Assembly (NCBI GenBank): GCA_028534125.1
Contig: CM052816.1
Location: 98,520,001-98,584,000, forward strand
Direction of reading: 5' to 3'
Origin: Lama glama
Lineage: Eukaryota
DNA: 64,000 nucleotides
This document shows positions 12,661-26,149 of the stretch, piece by piece; position 1 is the stretch's first letter; each line of letters begins with the position of its first letter. The notes under the pieces are model-generated. The model did no database searches, was not told where the DNA came from, and was given only the letters and a program-made list of their open reading frames with translations. A program made the position numbers and the translations under genes.

Positions 12661-13371
12661 GTCTAGAAAGGAAGTGTGAATATGTTTGCAGAAAACAGAC
12701 CAGCAGTTCACTAAGTCTTCACAGCAATTTTGTTGCCATGTGAACCGTGATCCTGGCCTAGAAAAGCATGTGGATGTTTGAAACTTGGGGTACAGATATT
12801 TTGAAGGCTGGCAAAGCTCTGTACCTCCCCAAATAGGTACAGTCCCCAAAGCCCACATCTGATTTTGTGGGATTTGAGTGAATTTGTTACCGCAGCACAT
12901 ATTAACTTTACTTGAGAACATATATATTTGTTTATATACGCATATTTATACCTGTATGTGTAATTTGAAAAGAGTCTGTGGTGATTAAATCTATTGAAAT
13001 TATGTCTGGAATGTCATCCTGCTGCCAGGTGTGTGTGTGTGTGTGTGTGTTGGGATGTAGGAGAGAAGTGGCTGGTGGATTTAGATTATTCTTGAAGCAA
13101 TTTTCCCCTTGAACCTCCTACTCTGCACTCAGTATTACTCATGTACTATGATCACCAAATAATAAGTGGAAGTGAAGTAACTAAAAAGAATAGTTAAACA
13201 ACATCAGACATTCAGTACATATGTCTCTTGGTCCCTGGAACACACCTACAAGTTCATCCTGCCTCCACCCTCAAAGTGTACTGCATGCAGCCCTCCAGGG
13301 GGGGCGCCTTCTCTCCTGCAAGCCCAGAGAGGAGATGCTCTCCTCCTGCGTCTTTGCTTCTCATAACTCCG

Positions 13372-13490
13372 ATTCATTCAACAAACGGGACTTAGCATCC
13401 TCCACCTGCCAGGCCCAGGGACCCGGTGGTGAATCAGACCCACCATGATCACTGTGCCTGCAGAGCTGTATGCTAGCAGCGCAGGCGGGC
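13372..13490 (-). mobile_element. L2 3' end fragment
   Basis: attcattcaacaaac...tgccaggccc...gtgaatcagac...cagagct resembles the L2 3' terminus. Confidence 0.55.
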
Positions 13491-13595
13491 ATGGATCAGA
13501 TGCTTACATGAAGGTCCCAGTAACTGGGTGACGAGCGTTTGTATCAGGAGGTGAATGAAATGTCAGCAGGGGCCAGTACCTGCAGCATGACAACG

Positions 13596-15012
13596 TAGGG
13601 TCGCCATGTGTCCCACTTTGAGAGGGAAAGTCCTGACCACGGCCATCGCTCTGTCTTCCCATTTGATTTAGTGTTTGTCTCAACTTTTACAGGTTTTAGC
13701 AAAGTATCTTTATTGCTGGTTGCACCAAAATAAAGTAAAAAGTGTTCTGTGCTGCTCTTCTTTATGGTTGCAGCTGTGAGCGTGATGTAGCCAAAGTGCA
13801 CGTGAGATTTGCGCGACCTTCCTCTCAAGGGCAGCCTGCAGGGCAGTGATGACAATGCTTAGATACAAGCAACCAGAGGTAGCTGAGTCCTTCTCTCATC
13901 ACGATGGGAACTTTTGTAAACCTGCTGCTCCTGCCGTCCACTGATTCACTCGCCAATTTACTCGTCACATGCTTGCCCAAGCTTGCAGGATGCATCCTGT
14001 CACCAGCCTACCGCCAGCAGGTTAGTGGTGAATGTGGGAAATCACAGACTAGGGCTGCAGGAAGAGGCAGAACACATGACCCAGAGCATCTGAACGCTCT
14101 TGCTGCTGCAGCTCCCCCATATTTTATAAAACTCCACAATTAGCTGCTAATTTTATTTGACTTTTTTCATTAAACACATTCAGCAGCAAAGAGCTAAAAA
14201 ATAAAGGTACATGTTTGGTGAAAATTTCTTATTTTTCAAGAATGTGGGTAGTAAATGTGAACCATGCACTGCATGTCTGCCAATATCTATCATCCACGTG
14301 CCCATGAAGGACACAGGGACATCACAGCCCACACAAAAGTCAAAGGCAAGATCCTCCTGGAGAGTATCAGGGATTTTGATGAGATGATGCCTGAAGGGGA
14401 CAACTTAACACAAGCAGCTGCAGAAACTGAAGTTACTTTTCACTCTGAGTAGCTTGACTTTAAATCAAATGGCTGTTTTTCAAACTAATATTTCCCAATC
14501 TCAGTTCCAGGTTTTCTTGTGCATGGGCAAAATGTGAAGAAGTATCTATTTACTGGCTGGCTCCATAACAGAAAACCTTTACAGTTAAATGATGCAGTTT
14601 TTTTTTTTACCAGTTTCACCAGATGCTTCAAATAGAAAACAAGGTAACCATAATAATTGTTAAATATTTTATGCAATCCATGGAGTCACTGAAAAGCTTT
14701 TGCAAGTTTATTTTGATGAAGGTGAAACATTATTATGAATGTTCTGGCATATTCAGTTACAAGTTTAACACTGAACATGGAATTCTTTTTGTGTAATGAT
14801 GTGAATACAAATTTTGGTGGAGCAAAATATGGCAAAAGCAAAATTCTTACTGAAATAAAAATCCATGAATCAGAATTTCACTTTCAAATTGATTATAATG
14901 CATCCATAATTCATAACTGCATTCAAACTGGCTGAGATAGTTTACTGGTCAAAACAGGAGCTTAATTATTAGATGTAAAAAATTTTAATATATGCACAGA
15001 GCAACTAAACCA
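13596..15012 (+). mobile_element. hAT-Blackjack-type DNA transposon, 5' part with decayed transposase
   Basis: Terminal tagggtcgccatgtgtccc. Transposase relics AAAETEVTFHS, FSCAWAKCEE, VSPDASNRK, CNDVNTNFGG and SIIHNCIQT occur in order, with stops and frameshifts. Confidence 0.8.
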
Positions 15013-15029
15013 TCTATCTTCTGGTTAAG

Positions 15030-16145
15030 GATGACAGTAAATGTGAAAAAGTGCTAGATAGCCAGGGAAATAGAAATAAACAACCCTTGACCGCTGTATC
15101 ATGTTACATAAAATAGTTAATTCAAAGTGGCTTATAGACTCGAACATAAAGCTAACACCACAGAGCTTCTAGGCAAAATGTAAGCTTTCATCTTCATAAT
15201 AACTATGGACACAAAAGCACTAACCAAAAAAGACAAAAATGATAAATTGGACTTCATTAGTACTATTAATTTATGAACTTCAGAAGACACAGTTAAGAAA
15301 AAGGTAGACATAGCCAGGGAAGATATTCAAAATACGTGTGTGTCTGACAGCAGATGTGTATCCAGTGTTTTTTTTTTAACTTCAACCAATCAATGATAAA
15401 AACAAACACCCTGATCATAAAAGTAGGCAAAATATTTGAATGGACAACTCACCAAAGAAAATACATGTCTGTGAACGCATGAAAAAGAACTCCATGTCAT
15501 TAGTCACCAAAGACAGGCATGTTAAAATCACCATGAGGTACCGCTCTATACCCGCGAGAACGGTGATGATTAAATGACTGACAATCGGGTCTTATGAACT
15601 GGGAGCAACTAGAGCTCTCATACATGCAAAGTACAGTCACTTTGAGAAATAGATAGGTTCCTTGTAAGGTTAAGCATACGTTTATCATGCAGCCCAGCAA
15701 CTCCACTCCACAGCATGTATCTACGAGGAACGCAAGGCTGTGACAAGAAAATGCTTTGTAAGATAATATTCATAGGAGTTTATTCATTATAGCCCCAAAT
15801 TGGAAGCCATCCAATGTCTACCAACCAGAGATTAGGCAAAATATCATGCTAAGCAAAAGAAGTCAGATATAAAAGAATGCACACGTGCGACTTATGGCTC
15901 CGTTTATAAGGCGTTCAGGAGCAGGCAGCCTAAGTCATGGCGCTAGAACTCGGAGCGGGCGGTCTCTCTGGGGAGGGAGATGGGGATGCACTGGGCAGCA
16001 GCTCGAGGGAACTTTCCGGGATACGGGAACTGGTCTGTGTCGGATGGGGATGTTGGTTGCATAGGTGCCTGTACCATTGCCAGCTCTTACTAAATGCAGG
16101 CTCATAATGTGTGCGTTTCACTGTGTTATACAAGAAAGCAAAAAC
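15030..16145 (+). mobile_element. Old L1 (L1MC/L1ME-type) ORF2 3' end and 3' UTR
   Basis: gataaattggacttcatt, ggcaaaatatttgaat, cccagcaactccactcc, ttattcattatagccccaaattggaag, atgctaagcaaaagaagtcaga. Confidence 0.85.
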
Positions 16146-16185
16146 AACAAGGTTGCAAAGGCAGATCAATTTAATATATGGAGTG

Positions 16186-16530
16186 TGTAATCGGCTTTAT
16201 GTTTGTGACATGTGGAAGCTTAATCCCCACTGTTAGGTGCTAGGAGGTGGGGCCTTTGGAAGCCAGTAGGCCATGAGGGTGGAGCCCTCATCATGGGATT
16301 GATGCTCTGATAAGGAGACCCCAGAGAGCTCCCCCTACTTTCACCACCTGAGGACACAGTGAGAAGACAGCCACCTATGAACCAGGAAGGAGACTCTCAC
16401 CAGACACTGAGCCTGTCAGCTCCTTGATCTCGGGGCGCCCAGTCTGCAGAACTGTGAGAAATGAATGCTTGCTTTTAAGCCACCCCCGTCTGTGTTATTC
16501 TGTTATAACAGCCCAAGCTGACTTAAGACA
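16186..16530 (+). mobile_element. MaLR LTR, MLT1A-like
   Basis: taggaggtggggcctttgg...catgagggtggagccctcat...gaactgtgagaaatgaatg...cagcccaagctgacttaagaca; TG...CA ends. Confidence 0.9.
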
Positions 16531-16532
16531 GG

Positions 16533-17000
16533 GTATATCCGTTTTCTATTGTTGCTGCAATAAATTATTGCAAATTTGGTGACTTAACATAACACAAATC
16601 TTACAGATCAGGGATCTAATGGGTCTCCCTTGGATAAAAGTCAAGTTGTTGTGAGAACTGCGTTCCTTCCTGCAGGCTCTGGGGGAGAATCCATTTTCTT
16701 CTAGGTCTCAGACGCTGCCTGCACTTCCTGGCTTCCAGCCCCTTCCTCGTCTGTCTTCAAAGCTTTCTCACATGGCACTGCTAACTCTGACCTTCTGCCT
16801 CAGTCATCACATCTAAGGACCTTTGTGATGCACTGGGGCCTATGGGAGAGTCCAGGGAATCTCCCTGTGGCAAGGTCAGCTGATTAGCAACCTCAATTTC
16901 ACCTGCAGCCTTAATCCTCCTTTTCCACGTAGCACACATTTTTACAGACTCCAGGGATTATGATGTGGACATCATTGGGAGCCACTCTTCTGCCCATCAT
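16533..17000 (-). mobile_element. MaLR LTR, MLT1D/C-like
   Basis: ttctattgttgctgcaataaatt...ggctctgggggagaatcc...aaggtcagctgattagcaacct...ccagggattatgatgtggacatc. Confidence 0.85.
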
Positions 17001-17190
17001 GTGGGACCGGAGATCAAATAAGGGACGCCACTGCAGGAATGCTGACGGGGAGAGGCATGGGCCGTGGGAAGTGGGCGTGGGGAGTGGAAATACTCTGAAT
17101 CTTTATCTCGGTGGTGTTTATACAGGTACATTAATTACTTTTTAAAATTATCAAGATTAAGCTGCACACATGAAAATTTACATACTTTAA
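17001..17190 (+). mobile_element. L1ME-type 3' UTR fragment
   Basis: G-rich tract, then ggaaatactctgaatctttatctcggtggtgtttatacagg...aagctgcacac. Appears to continue the short L1 piece at ~16145-16185. Confidence 0.6.
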
Positions 17191-18331
17191 ATATGACATG
17201 CATCAACAAAATTTTTCAAGAACGAGATCTGTTCCTTTGAAGCACTGTGTTTGTAAAACACCAGTGTCCTGCAAAAAGACTGAATTTTTTGAAGTTCTCT
17301 GAACAAAATTGAAAATTCCCATATCTGAGAGTATTTAATGGTGTAAGGCAAGAAAATCCCAGTTTTTGAAACTTTTAGCAAATTTAAATTATCTAAAACA
17401 AAGGTAGTTAAAAAAAAAGACAATGAAATTTCATCATAAAGAGGAATTAAGCAACTAAACCGATTAAAAGATGAGAGTTCATATGGTGCTCAAAATATAA
17501 TTTTGATGTTTTATGTCTCAGGTTTTGTGAAGGATTTTTGATGGAACTTTTAATTGCATAAATGTATATTTAGCACCAGAATGGGATGAAATGGAAACCT
17601 ATGATTTTCAACATCAAAATTTGGTGAACTGTTTAAAAGATTCATAAATAAGGGCAATTTAACAAATTTTGTCATTTAAAATATTTATTAAAGAATAGTA
17701 CTCTGAATGGAGGAAGAAAGTCAGAAATTTGGAAGGTATTTGACCTGAAACATTTATGTATTTAAAATTAGAATTGAGAATTCTCCCCTTTGTTGAGGAA
17801 CTTGCTCTGAGCTTACCAGGTATACCAGCACCCCAGAGAGAACAGTTTCTCAGCTAAAAATGCAATGGCTTCAGAGAAGAGCCAGCTAAAGATGTCAGTA
17901 ACCTCGCACTTGCTAAACATAAAATGCAGCTCTGTAACAGTGCAGCTAATTTTTTAAAATATTACAAAATAATAAGGCCATGTTTTAAAAAATTGTACAC
18001 AAAAATGTCAGTGACCTAATATTAAAGACAAATGTACTAGATAACTGACAGAAGTTGTGAATATGTGCCAAAATAATTATCCTGCCAATGTTATTGTAAT
18101 GTTCTGGTCATCAATATGAAGGTTAAATTTCCCCTTGGTGAGCATGCTATCTTAATATTTAGACAAATTTTAATAGTTGTTTAATAGACTTGTTTTAGAG
18201 GCTCATCCATGTAATAAAATCAGCTGTCATTCAGCTAATAGACATTTTAAAATCATGTAGGTTAATTATTTTTTGTTCTCTCTTGTCCTTCCCAAACTGT
18301 CCCAGTTTGGATGGCGCATTTGATCAAACTA
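17190..18331 (+). mobile_element. hAT-Blackjack-type DNA transposon, 3' part
   Basis: hAT C-terminal dimerisation relic EELALSLPG / TSTPERTVSQLK / SEKSQLKMS (~17795-17896). Decayed right terminus gtcccagtttgg...atttgatcaaacta. Confidence 0.75.
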
Positions 18332-18479
18332 CTTAACAGCCACCCGAAGGAGGGGGTTGTTCATTCCTAGGAACAAAGATCAACCAGTGAAAGATGCCAA
18401 GTAAGAGATGATATGATCAAACTAGCTCTTTGCAAATATCACGAAGCTCCGTTTGGATAACGATGAGAACCAACCATTG

Positions 18480-18857
18480 CTGCAGGCTGGGTTTCCCAGA
18501 AGTGGCTCTGGATGGAGATCAGCACACAAGTGGATTATTAGTGACCGTTCCTACAGCCATGACCTGTGGGAAGAAATAGGCTGAAGGAGAAACTAGGATG
18601 TGATGCAGTCTCTGTAGAAGACCCCACCCACCTGTGGGGAACCCTGCAGCTGGGAATGGCCTTCCGAACTTGGGACGTCCTGTAGCCCTTGAATATGGGT
18701 CACCACAAGAATGGGTGTGTTCTTGGGCAAGGCAGTTCTCTCTGATGAGGCAGCCTGGGGGCTGTCTCCCAGCAACATACTCAGCACCTGAGATGGGAGG
18801 TCCCTCATTCCAGAAGGGGCTCCGGGTACCTGAGCACGCATCACAGCATCCACCAGG
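18480..18857 (-). mobile_element. ERVL solo LTR, LTR16-like
   Basis: Ends gggtttcccagaagtggctctggatggagat and catcacagcatccacca match the reverse complement of LTR16 termini, as also seen at 30518-30887. Confidence 0.7.
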
Positions 18858-19945
18858 CTCATTTAGGTCTGCAGTCTGTACATGCACAGGCTGTGTGCCT
18901 GGTGTTAGAAATTGTTTTTCTCATTCACACACGGGCATCTCTGGACAACCAGTGGCAGCCTTATTTCCATTCGAGGAGAAGATAACAGAAGCAATTGATT
19001 GCACAGTCTTCCCAGTGTGGCCATACTGTGTAGCTCCTTGACCTGGGGGAGTGCTCAGCCAGAAGCCCTCTAGGCGGGACTCACAGAACCCGGGGTCTGT
19101 GCATTTCCTGATGGCCTCGGAGAGAGCCCCTGGCAGCACAGTCAAGAGCCTGCTCCCCTCCAGGAGACAGGAAAGTCTTCTGTCAGCCTGCGTCTCTGAT
19201 CTATGCTTCCTCGGCTCTGGAGTCTTTACAGAGATGGAGGGGGTAGGTAGAATGTGGGAGTGCATGCAGACACACAGGACATGCTCTTCCATGGTGGACA
19301 TTCTCCCAGAGCCAAGGCAGGACTGCAAATTGATGTTGGCCATAATTACTGATCAACAATAACTGATTCTTCATCATTCATGTGTCTCTTGCAAAACAAA
19401 GGTGTTTGGCTGCTTATAATTCAGAACAATCACTTCCTAATCACATTTGAAGCCGGCAATTTACCAAAATGCCATTTAACAAAACGCTGTGCACAGAAAG
19501 AGAGAGAGGAAGAAATGATAAATTACCCTCACAAAGGAAAACAACAAAATTCCCAAAATAGCCTTTGCTGCAAAATCTCCTTTCTGCTTTATGTGCTTCG
19601 TCTGCTGATTCATTCTCCTTTCAAGGCCTGTTCTTTCTGTACATTTTGATATGAAGGAAAAGAGAAAGCCCAATTTCCCAAAGCAAAGATGGTAATTTGG
19701 TAAATACTGTTTTCCAAAACTCAGCCCTATAAATTCCATTTATCGATCACAAGCAATCAAAAACCTTCACATTTTTAAAGAGTTCTGCTCCCATTCCTAA
19801 AACCCTGTCTCGTTTTTAACCTATAGATCATTTTTTAGGCCCAAGTCACCAATCATCCTGAAGGATGATTTTGGGTCAGAATGTAAGGAAGGTGTTATAT
19901 CAAAGAGAGCATCTGGTAAACTGCAAACTATCTGAATATTAGGCA

Positions 19946-20266
19946 CAGGCATCCCTCAGCATCCTCAGAGTCCCGGTTCCAGGACCAGAACGGGTGCCCA
20001 CGGATGCTCACATCCCTTATGTAAAACGGTGTGGTATTTGCATGTAACCTACACACACCTTCCTGCCTACATTAAGTCATCTCTAGATTACTTATAATGC
20101 CTAATGCAATGAAAATGCTATGTAAATAGTTGCCAGCACGCAGCAAACTGAAGTTTTGACTTCTGGAACTTCCTGGAATTGTTTCATATATTTTCAGTCC
20201 AACGTTGATTGACTCATGGATGCAGAATCTGGGGAAGCAGAGCCCACGGATACAGAGGGCCGGCTG
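19946..20266. mobile_element. MER2-like TcMar-Tigger MITE
   Basis: TIR-like ends caggcatccctcagcatcc / ggatacagagggccggctg. Internal taagtcatctctagattacttataatgcctaat...tgctatgtaaatagttg. Confidence 0.9.
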
Positions 20267-20714
20267 TGCTGGTGTTACCCTCTTTCCTGACGGCAATACT
20301 GACGGCAGGACTGCCACCTGACAAGGTGGAAGGACAGAGTGGTGGCGAGAAAGTCTTCAAGCCTGGTGCAGCACACTGCACACCCAAGGCGTTCCACAGA
20401 TGCTCAGGATGTCCACTCACGTGCACTGAAAGGACCTGAATGGAGAGTCTCAGCTCTCAAGGTTCCCACACAAGACATCCTGGCCTGGCCAGCAGAGAGG
20501 GAGGGACCCAGGCATGTCTGCCCATGAATCCAGGAGGCTGTCCAACTCCCAGGAGATAGACTGTCAGGGTTGAGACCCCTGATTCAAAGGCAAGGGAGTC
20601 CCCCTAATTCCTGTGCATGAAACACGGCTGCCCCTGGGATCCTGCCAGCCCGGGGGCAGGGGCACTGGGCTGCAGCCCCTGGGATGTGGCTTCTGGAACA
20701 GGCAAATGAGTGAC

Positions 20715-20905
20715 TCAGTCTGGAGTTGCAGGAGCCCCTCTAGTCACTGCCTGCATGAACTTGGGCACCTCACCAGACTCTCCTGAGCCTCGGGTGTGGA
20801 GCTTCCCCATCTGCCTCCTGGTGCCACTGGGAGGACTTAATGACACAACTGACCAAAGACACCCTGCCAACTCTTAGCAATCAGGGGGTCTCAATAACTC
20901 TTAAC
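20715..20905 (+). mobile_element. MIR fragment
   Basis: tgcatgaacttgggcacctcacc...ctgagcctc...ggaggacttaatgacac...ctcaataa. Confidence 0.45.
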
Positions 20906-23900
20906 GCCTGTCCCTTCCTTTTCCTTGGTCATAAAACCTGTTGGTGTGTCTTCTTTTCTCCACCGTAGACATCGCCTTCATTTACTTCTGTCTGTAAACA
21001 TGCTCTCAATATACCCAGGGTGGTGTCACCCTCTCACAATCCGGGCACACTTTCTGCAGGTCCACCTCCTCATGCCAGCTTGCGTTGGTCAAGAGGAAGG
21101 CTCTTAGTCCAGTGGGAGCACTGTTCCTTCCAAACCTGCTCCAACTCCACCACTAGTCAGCCCCTGCTGATGCACTGCTCCCAAGGAGAAACTGAAGGAT
21201 TGTGAGAGCTTACTCCCAGGTTCATTAACATCCAATACAGAGAAATACAATACCTTCTAACTACGAGGCCCTTTGGAGTCTGCTACGATATATGTGGTGT
21301 CCAAATCCCATTCAGCTAACCAAGTGAACCAGAGAGTGGCGCTCTCACAGGGGCCGTCATACAGCCCACTGCCGTTCCTTAGAAAAGACTCGGAAAGTCT
21401 TCTTCACGATGGGAATGGAATGCGGGCTGGGCATGGACCGAGATTCACGCTCGCCCAGAACCTCATGTCAATGTTCAGATTCTCTGGGAGGAGCCCTGAA
21501 GTGTCCAAAAGGTGTGGTAATAAGAGGAGATGTAGACTCCCCATGCCCTCTGGGCCTGCGCAGCCCTCTGTGCCCTGGAGGCCCTCAGGGGCTGCCACCT
21601 GGGAAGCCCAGGCAGCAGAAGCTCTTTCCTGCACCTGCTGCAGCTCAGCTGCTGGAAGCTCTCAGGACGGAGCCAGGGGATCCACACCAGCCTGTGGAGG
21701 AGGACAGAGAGGAGATCTTGCCCCAAGTCACCAGTTACTGCCTTGGATGCCGCATGCAGTCAGGGATGCCCGCGGGCGTCCTGGGGCAGGTGAGACCTGA
21801 CTGATGGTGCTCCAGGGGTGTGAGGGCTGGAGTCCTCCATGAGGCCACTGGGCCTAGAAATGAGCTCCGGTTTGTTTCCAATGAGGACTGCAGGGGGAAT
21901 GTCTTGTCATCCTCCAGGCTAAAGGGAAATACACATTTGTCCTATTGGTACCACTCTGCGGCGCTACCAACCCCCTTACACCTGGACTGAGAGATACGCA
22001 AGCTCGGCTAGACCCCTAGTCACAACATACCCCAGATGCCATGAACACCTGCAGTGGGAAGAAAACGTGGCATGAGTCACATGCCCAGGGACCTGTCCAC
22101 ACCTCTGGTGCTGATGAGCGTAGGAAAGGTTGTCTGGTCTCCCCACACTTCAAAGGACAGTCTTGGTGGAAGGTCTCAGCCCATGGATCACCCCATGTGA
22201 GGGGCAGGTGATGGGGTTAAGTGGGGTCAGACGGAATCTGAGCCCTCAGGGCACCACACTCACAAAAGGCCTGTCCTTGCTTTTTTTTTTTTTTGCTGTG
22301 TCCACAAGAGCAGACAGACCTTACAATTATAAACTTTGAGAAAACCCTGTCCTCTGTCCACTCACAAGGTGCCAAGCCATATATTCCTCCTGCAGCAGCA
22401 CTCTTAGTGAGACGGGCAGTTGTGGGAAGAAAAGGACAACTCCAGAAGTCTGTGTGTGATTCCTGGGGGAAGGAAGTTTCTCTGAACGTGAGCAGTAATT
22501 CAGCACCACACCCATGGAGAGAGTGTGCGTCCAAGACTGCGTGTGAATGCCGGTGCCATTTAAGTTTCGAGGTTGTCATAGGTTATCACCGTTTATCATT
22601 CAAGGTTGCAGAACATATGCAGAGAAAGCCTGCATGCTTCTTTAACACACTGAGTAAATAGAAAGGGTGACACTAGGCAGGGCCTCTGTGGACTCAGTGG
22701 ACCAGTGTGATGAGGTCAGGGAACCACGGATGAAGTGTGTTTTTGCTTCTCATTCAGTTCAGGGTTAGCCAGTGATGGGAAATTGTCTTATAGATCACAG
22801 CCATGAAGCTTCCTATAGGTGCCAGAGTCCACACTCTTCCTCTTCAAAATGTCTTCAGACAAGCTAACAGCACCTCTTCCTTTAGGGAACAAGTCACCTT
22901 ATAAAGAATGCACGTTTCAAGGACCACCAGACACATGGCCACGGGAGCCACTGCTGTGAGTCACGTGGGCTCCTGGGTCATATGGACTCATTCCCTTCCT
23001 TGGGTCTGAAAGATGGAGCAGAGATGGGACCTTTGAGAAAAGATGCTGCTGTTCTAGCCCCTAGACTAGAGAAGGATTTGGAGAGTAGGAATATTTTTAA
23101 TCAACAAAATTCCTTTATTTCATCTCAATTATTCTTCATAGAATTAATAACTTAAAACATTGAGAGAAAATTTAACCTTTACACTTATAGGAAAAAATAA
23201 CTTCACCAGCGCAGAGATTCCTTGAAAGAGCAGTCGTTTTCCCACCTAACATATTATTAGCAAACACTTCAGCACCCTAATTATTTTCACGGTAACTTGT
23301 GGCGCGTAAGTGAAAATGTCACTGCTAATGTCTTTCTGCAGGAATCTGATGCTGAAGACAGTTTAATTGGCTACAGCATTCGTGAAATAAGATGTAAATT
23401 ATATAAGTAGTTATAATCCTCAAAGTCTATGCAAACACACTTCAAGCAAATTGCGCACAGTTAGGAGGTCCAGCTCCCCAGTGAGGCCCCACTGCAGCCT
23501 CAGACATCCCTGCTCATTGCCCACGTGAGAGCCAGGAAGTAAGACAGCCTGGAACCACTGTGTCTCCAAACACAAGTGGCCCACGTGCCGTCCTCTGTCC
23601 GAATAGGGCAAGCGGGCCTGCGTGCAGTGGGAAGATGGAACTGATTGTCCCCAGGCCCCAAGTCCCAGCTTTTCTTGGAGTTTCAAACCTCCTTTTTGTC
23701 TGCAATGAAGCTGACTATGAGACTCACCTGGAAAAAATGGCTGAGATGGAGGGAAGGCTGGGCCTGTGTGTGGAGCCTGGGGAGGTGGCCGGTGGCTTTT
23801 CCAGTGGTGGCGATGAGCAGCCACTGGGAGACTGCAGGCTCCTGGTCAGTGGTCTGCCCCATATCTCTGCAGGCTCCCCATAGGCCTGAATCGCACCCAG

Positions 23901-24469
23901 AGCTCCCGCCCCTCCCAAGGAAGAGCCTTGGAGAACAGATAGCCTCTCACACCCCTGCATTTTCTCATCTGTCATTCCTCTTTCTCGCCCACCTCCCATC
24001 CAACCTGTTCCCAGGTGAGTGGTGGACCTTGCTCAGGAACAAAGAGAAAGCTCAGGAAATGAAGTCCTATGTCAAATTAGTGTGCCTTATACAGGGCACA
24101 GAGAGACAAAGGGACATCTAGACGATGTGAGCTAGGCTGTTGTCCCAGGGAAGCTAGTGGGTCAAAGGGCACACAGAGCGTATGGCTACACACTCCCATC
24201 CAGCCGGCAGGCAAAGGGTAGGATGGGAAAGTGTTAGCACAGCAAGCCAAGTCCTCTTCCCTTCCCCAGGATGGAGCTAACCCACTTAGCCTGTACAGTC
24301 AGCCCCTCCACCCCCCGGAACTTGAGTTGTGCCCTCAGCCTCCTCCCCTACCTACGACAGCATTGTTACCAGGTAAAACCTGCCACATCACCCACCTGCC
24401 TCATACTGCTTTCATATGGCTTCTGTAGAATTTAACTGACAAACATGGGAGACAGTTGTTTCCACTGGT

Positions 24470-24980
24470 AAACAGCATCGTTCACCCACCTGCTGCAGAC
24501 AAAATTCCAAAGCTCATCCTGGTGGTCGCATGCTCTCACACCCACCTACCTTCCATGTATCCTTTCACTTAGCATCCCCGACATTGTAACCACCCCCGGA
24601 GTTACCACCAGCTGCAACCTTGCTCCTTCAGCTCATCCCACACAGCACCCGAGGGGTCTTCCAGAGCAAGCATTGGGCAGTGTGTCCTCCTGCCCTCCAC
24701 GGCCCTCCCACCCCATTCAGAATCGAATTCATATCCACACACCTTCCATCTGTCTCCATGCCCCTGAGGAAGTGCCTGTCAGTTCTGTTCACACCCACTG
24801 AACTTTAAGGTCCTTCCAACCTCAGGGCCTTTGCATGCTCTGTCCCTTCTGCTTGGCAGGCTCCCCATCTCAGTGCTGCCTGTGCCTACAGCTTCCTCAG
24901 CACTGGTCTCCTCTGAGATGCCTCCCCAACCAGCTAAATTAGCATCCCCACATCACTATTACTCCACAAGGTTCTCTCTG
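24470..24980 (+). mobile_element. L2 fragment
   Basis: cctcagggcctttgcatgctctgtcccttctgcttgg...ctcctctgagatgcctcccc is typical of the L2 3' region. Confidence 0.65.
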
Positions 24981-25434
24981 CAGAGGCAGGAGTGCTGGGA
25001 ATGAGGATATATGTGCATGTGTGCATGTGCTTGTGTGTACATGTGTGTGTCCATGATAATCCTCTGCCTCACCTCACTGTACTACACTCACACGTGTGCA
25101 GAGCCCTCGGCACACTGCCAGCCCCATGGCCAGCACTCCCTCGGCAAACGCAAATCCTTCCTTCTCATCTTAGAAAATTACAACATGAGCAGGAAAGGGA
25201 CACTGCAGAGAAGAGCATCACTTCAAATGCGAGTGTTAAATCTTCACTCAGCTGCATTCTGGCACAAAGACTAGGACATCCCATGTCACCAACACGACAG
25301 ATCTTTCTGGACTGAAGGGAGCAGGATCTGTTATGAGATGGTGGAGCCTGCCTGGACTTGAAAAATGGGTAAAATTTGGATGAATGCAGGAAACGTGGGG
25401 AAGCTTCTAAGCGGGTGAGAATAGTCAGTACAGT

Positions 25435-25575
25435 GAAAATAATGTGACCTGGGGCTCCCTCTGCACCGAGCACCATGCCTGACACACCCCTCACCATCCT
25501 GTCCTCAACCAACCCTTCCTTCAGCAGGAGGGGTGTTATCCTCAGATGGAAAATGAGGCTCACACAGATTAAAAA
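25435..25575 (-). mobile_element. MIR fragment
   Basis: cctcaaccaaccct...gttatcctcagatggaaaatgaggctcacacagattaaa. Confidence 0.5.
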
Positions 25576-26149
25576 CCGTCCCATTTTACCCAGATGTCGT
25601 TTTAAAGGCCCATCTGTCAGGCACCAAAAGCAGTGTCTGGGGACAGCTGGTAAGGATGCTGAGATGTTCTGAAGGTGTCTTAGAATTAAGGGTAGGAAAT
25701 AAACTGGTTTAAAAAATCCAAGGGCCCCTGTGGTGTCTGAATCCCAGATCAAGGGATTTAGACTTTAACTAAGATGGAGAAACAGGGGTCTGGGACCGCT
25801 GATCAGGGACTTAAATCGTCAAATTGTTTCGGAGAAATAAAGTAATCACCAGCAGTCAGGGTGAGTTAATAATACAGAAATATTAGTTAGAAGACAGTTG
25901 TAAATCCAGGTTCAAGAAGATGTATTTTTCTAACTTTAGAACACCCAGTGGTGCATATTAAATATCAAAATCATACTATTAAAATGTTGACTAAATTTTA
26001 TTAGTTCAGAAGTATTAATTCATATAATATTACTCTTTAGGTAAATGAAAATTTGATTCTATTTTATTTCTATTAAAGAAATTGCAAATCATTCTTATAA
26101 GAAAGCTAGAAAAGTCATTTTATAAATATAATCAGTCAAAACACCTGTG

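Noticed and set aside
21273..24121. Possible exons (ORFs at 21273-21804, acceptor-like ctgcag at ~23341, donor-like sites at ~21790 and 24015)
   Set aside because: Isolated splice-like motifs give no coherent frame or recognisable peptide; would need RNA-seq or conservation support.
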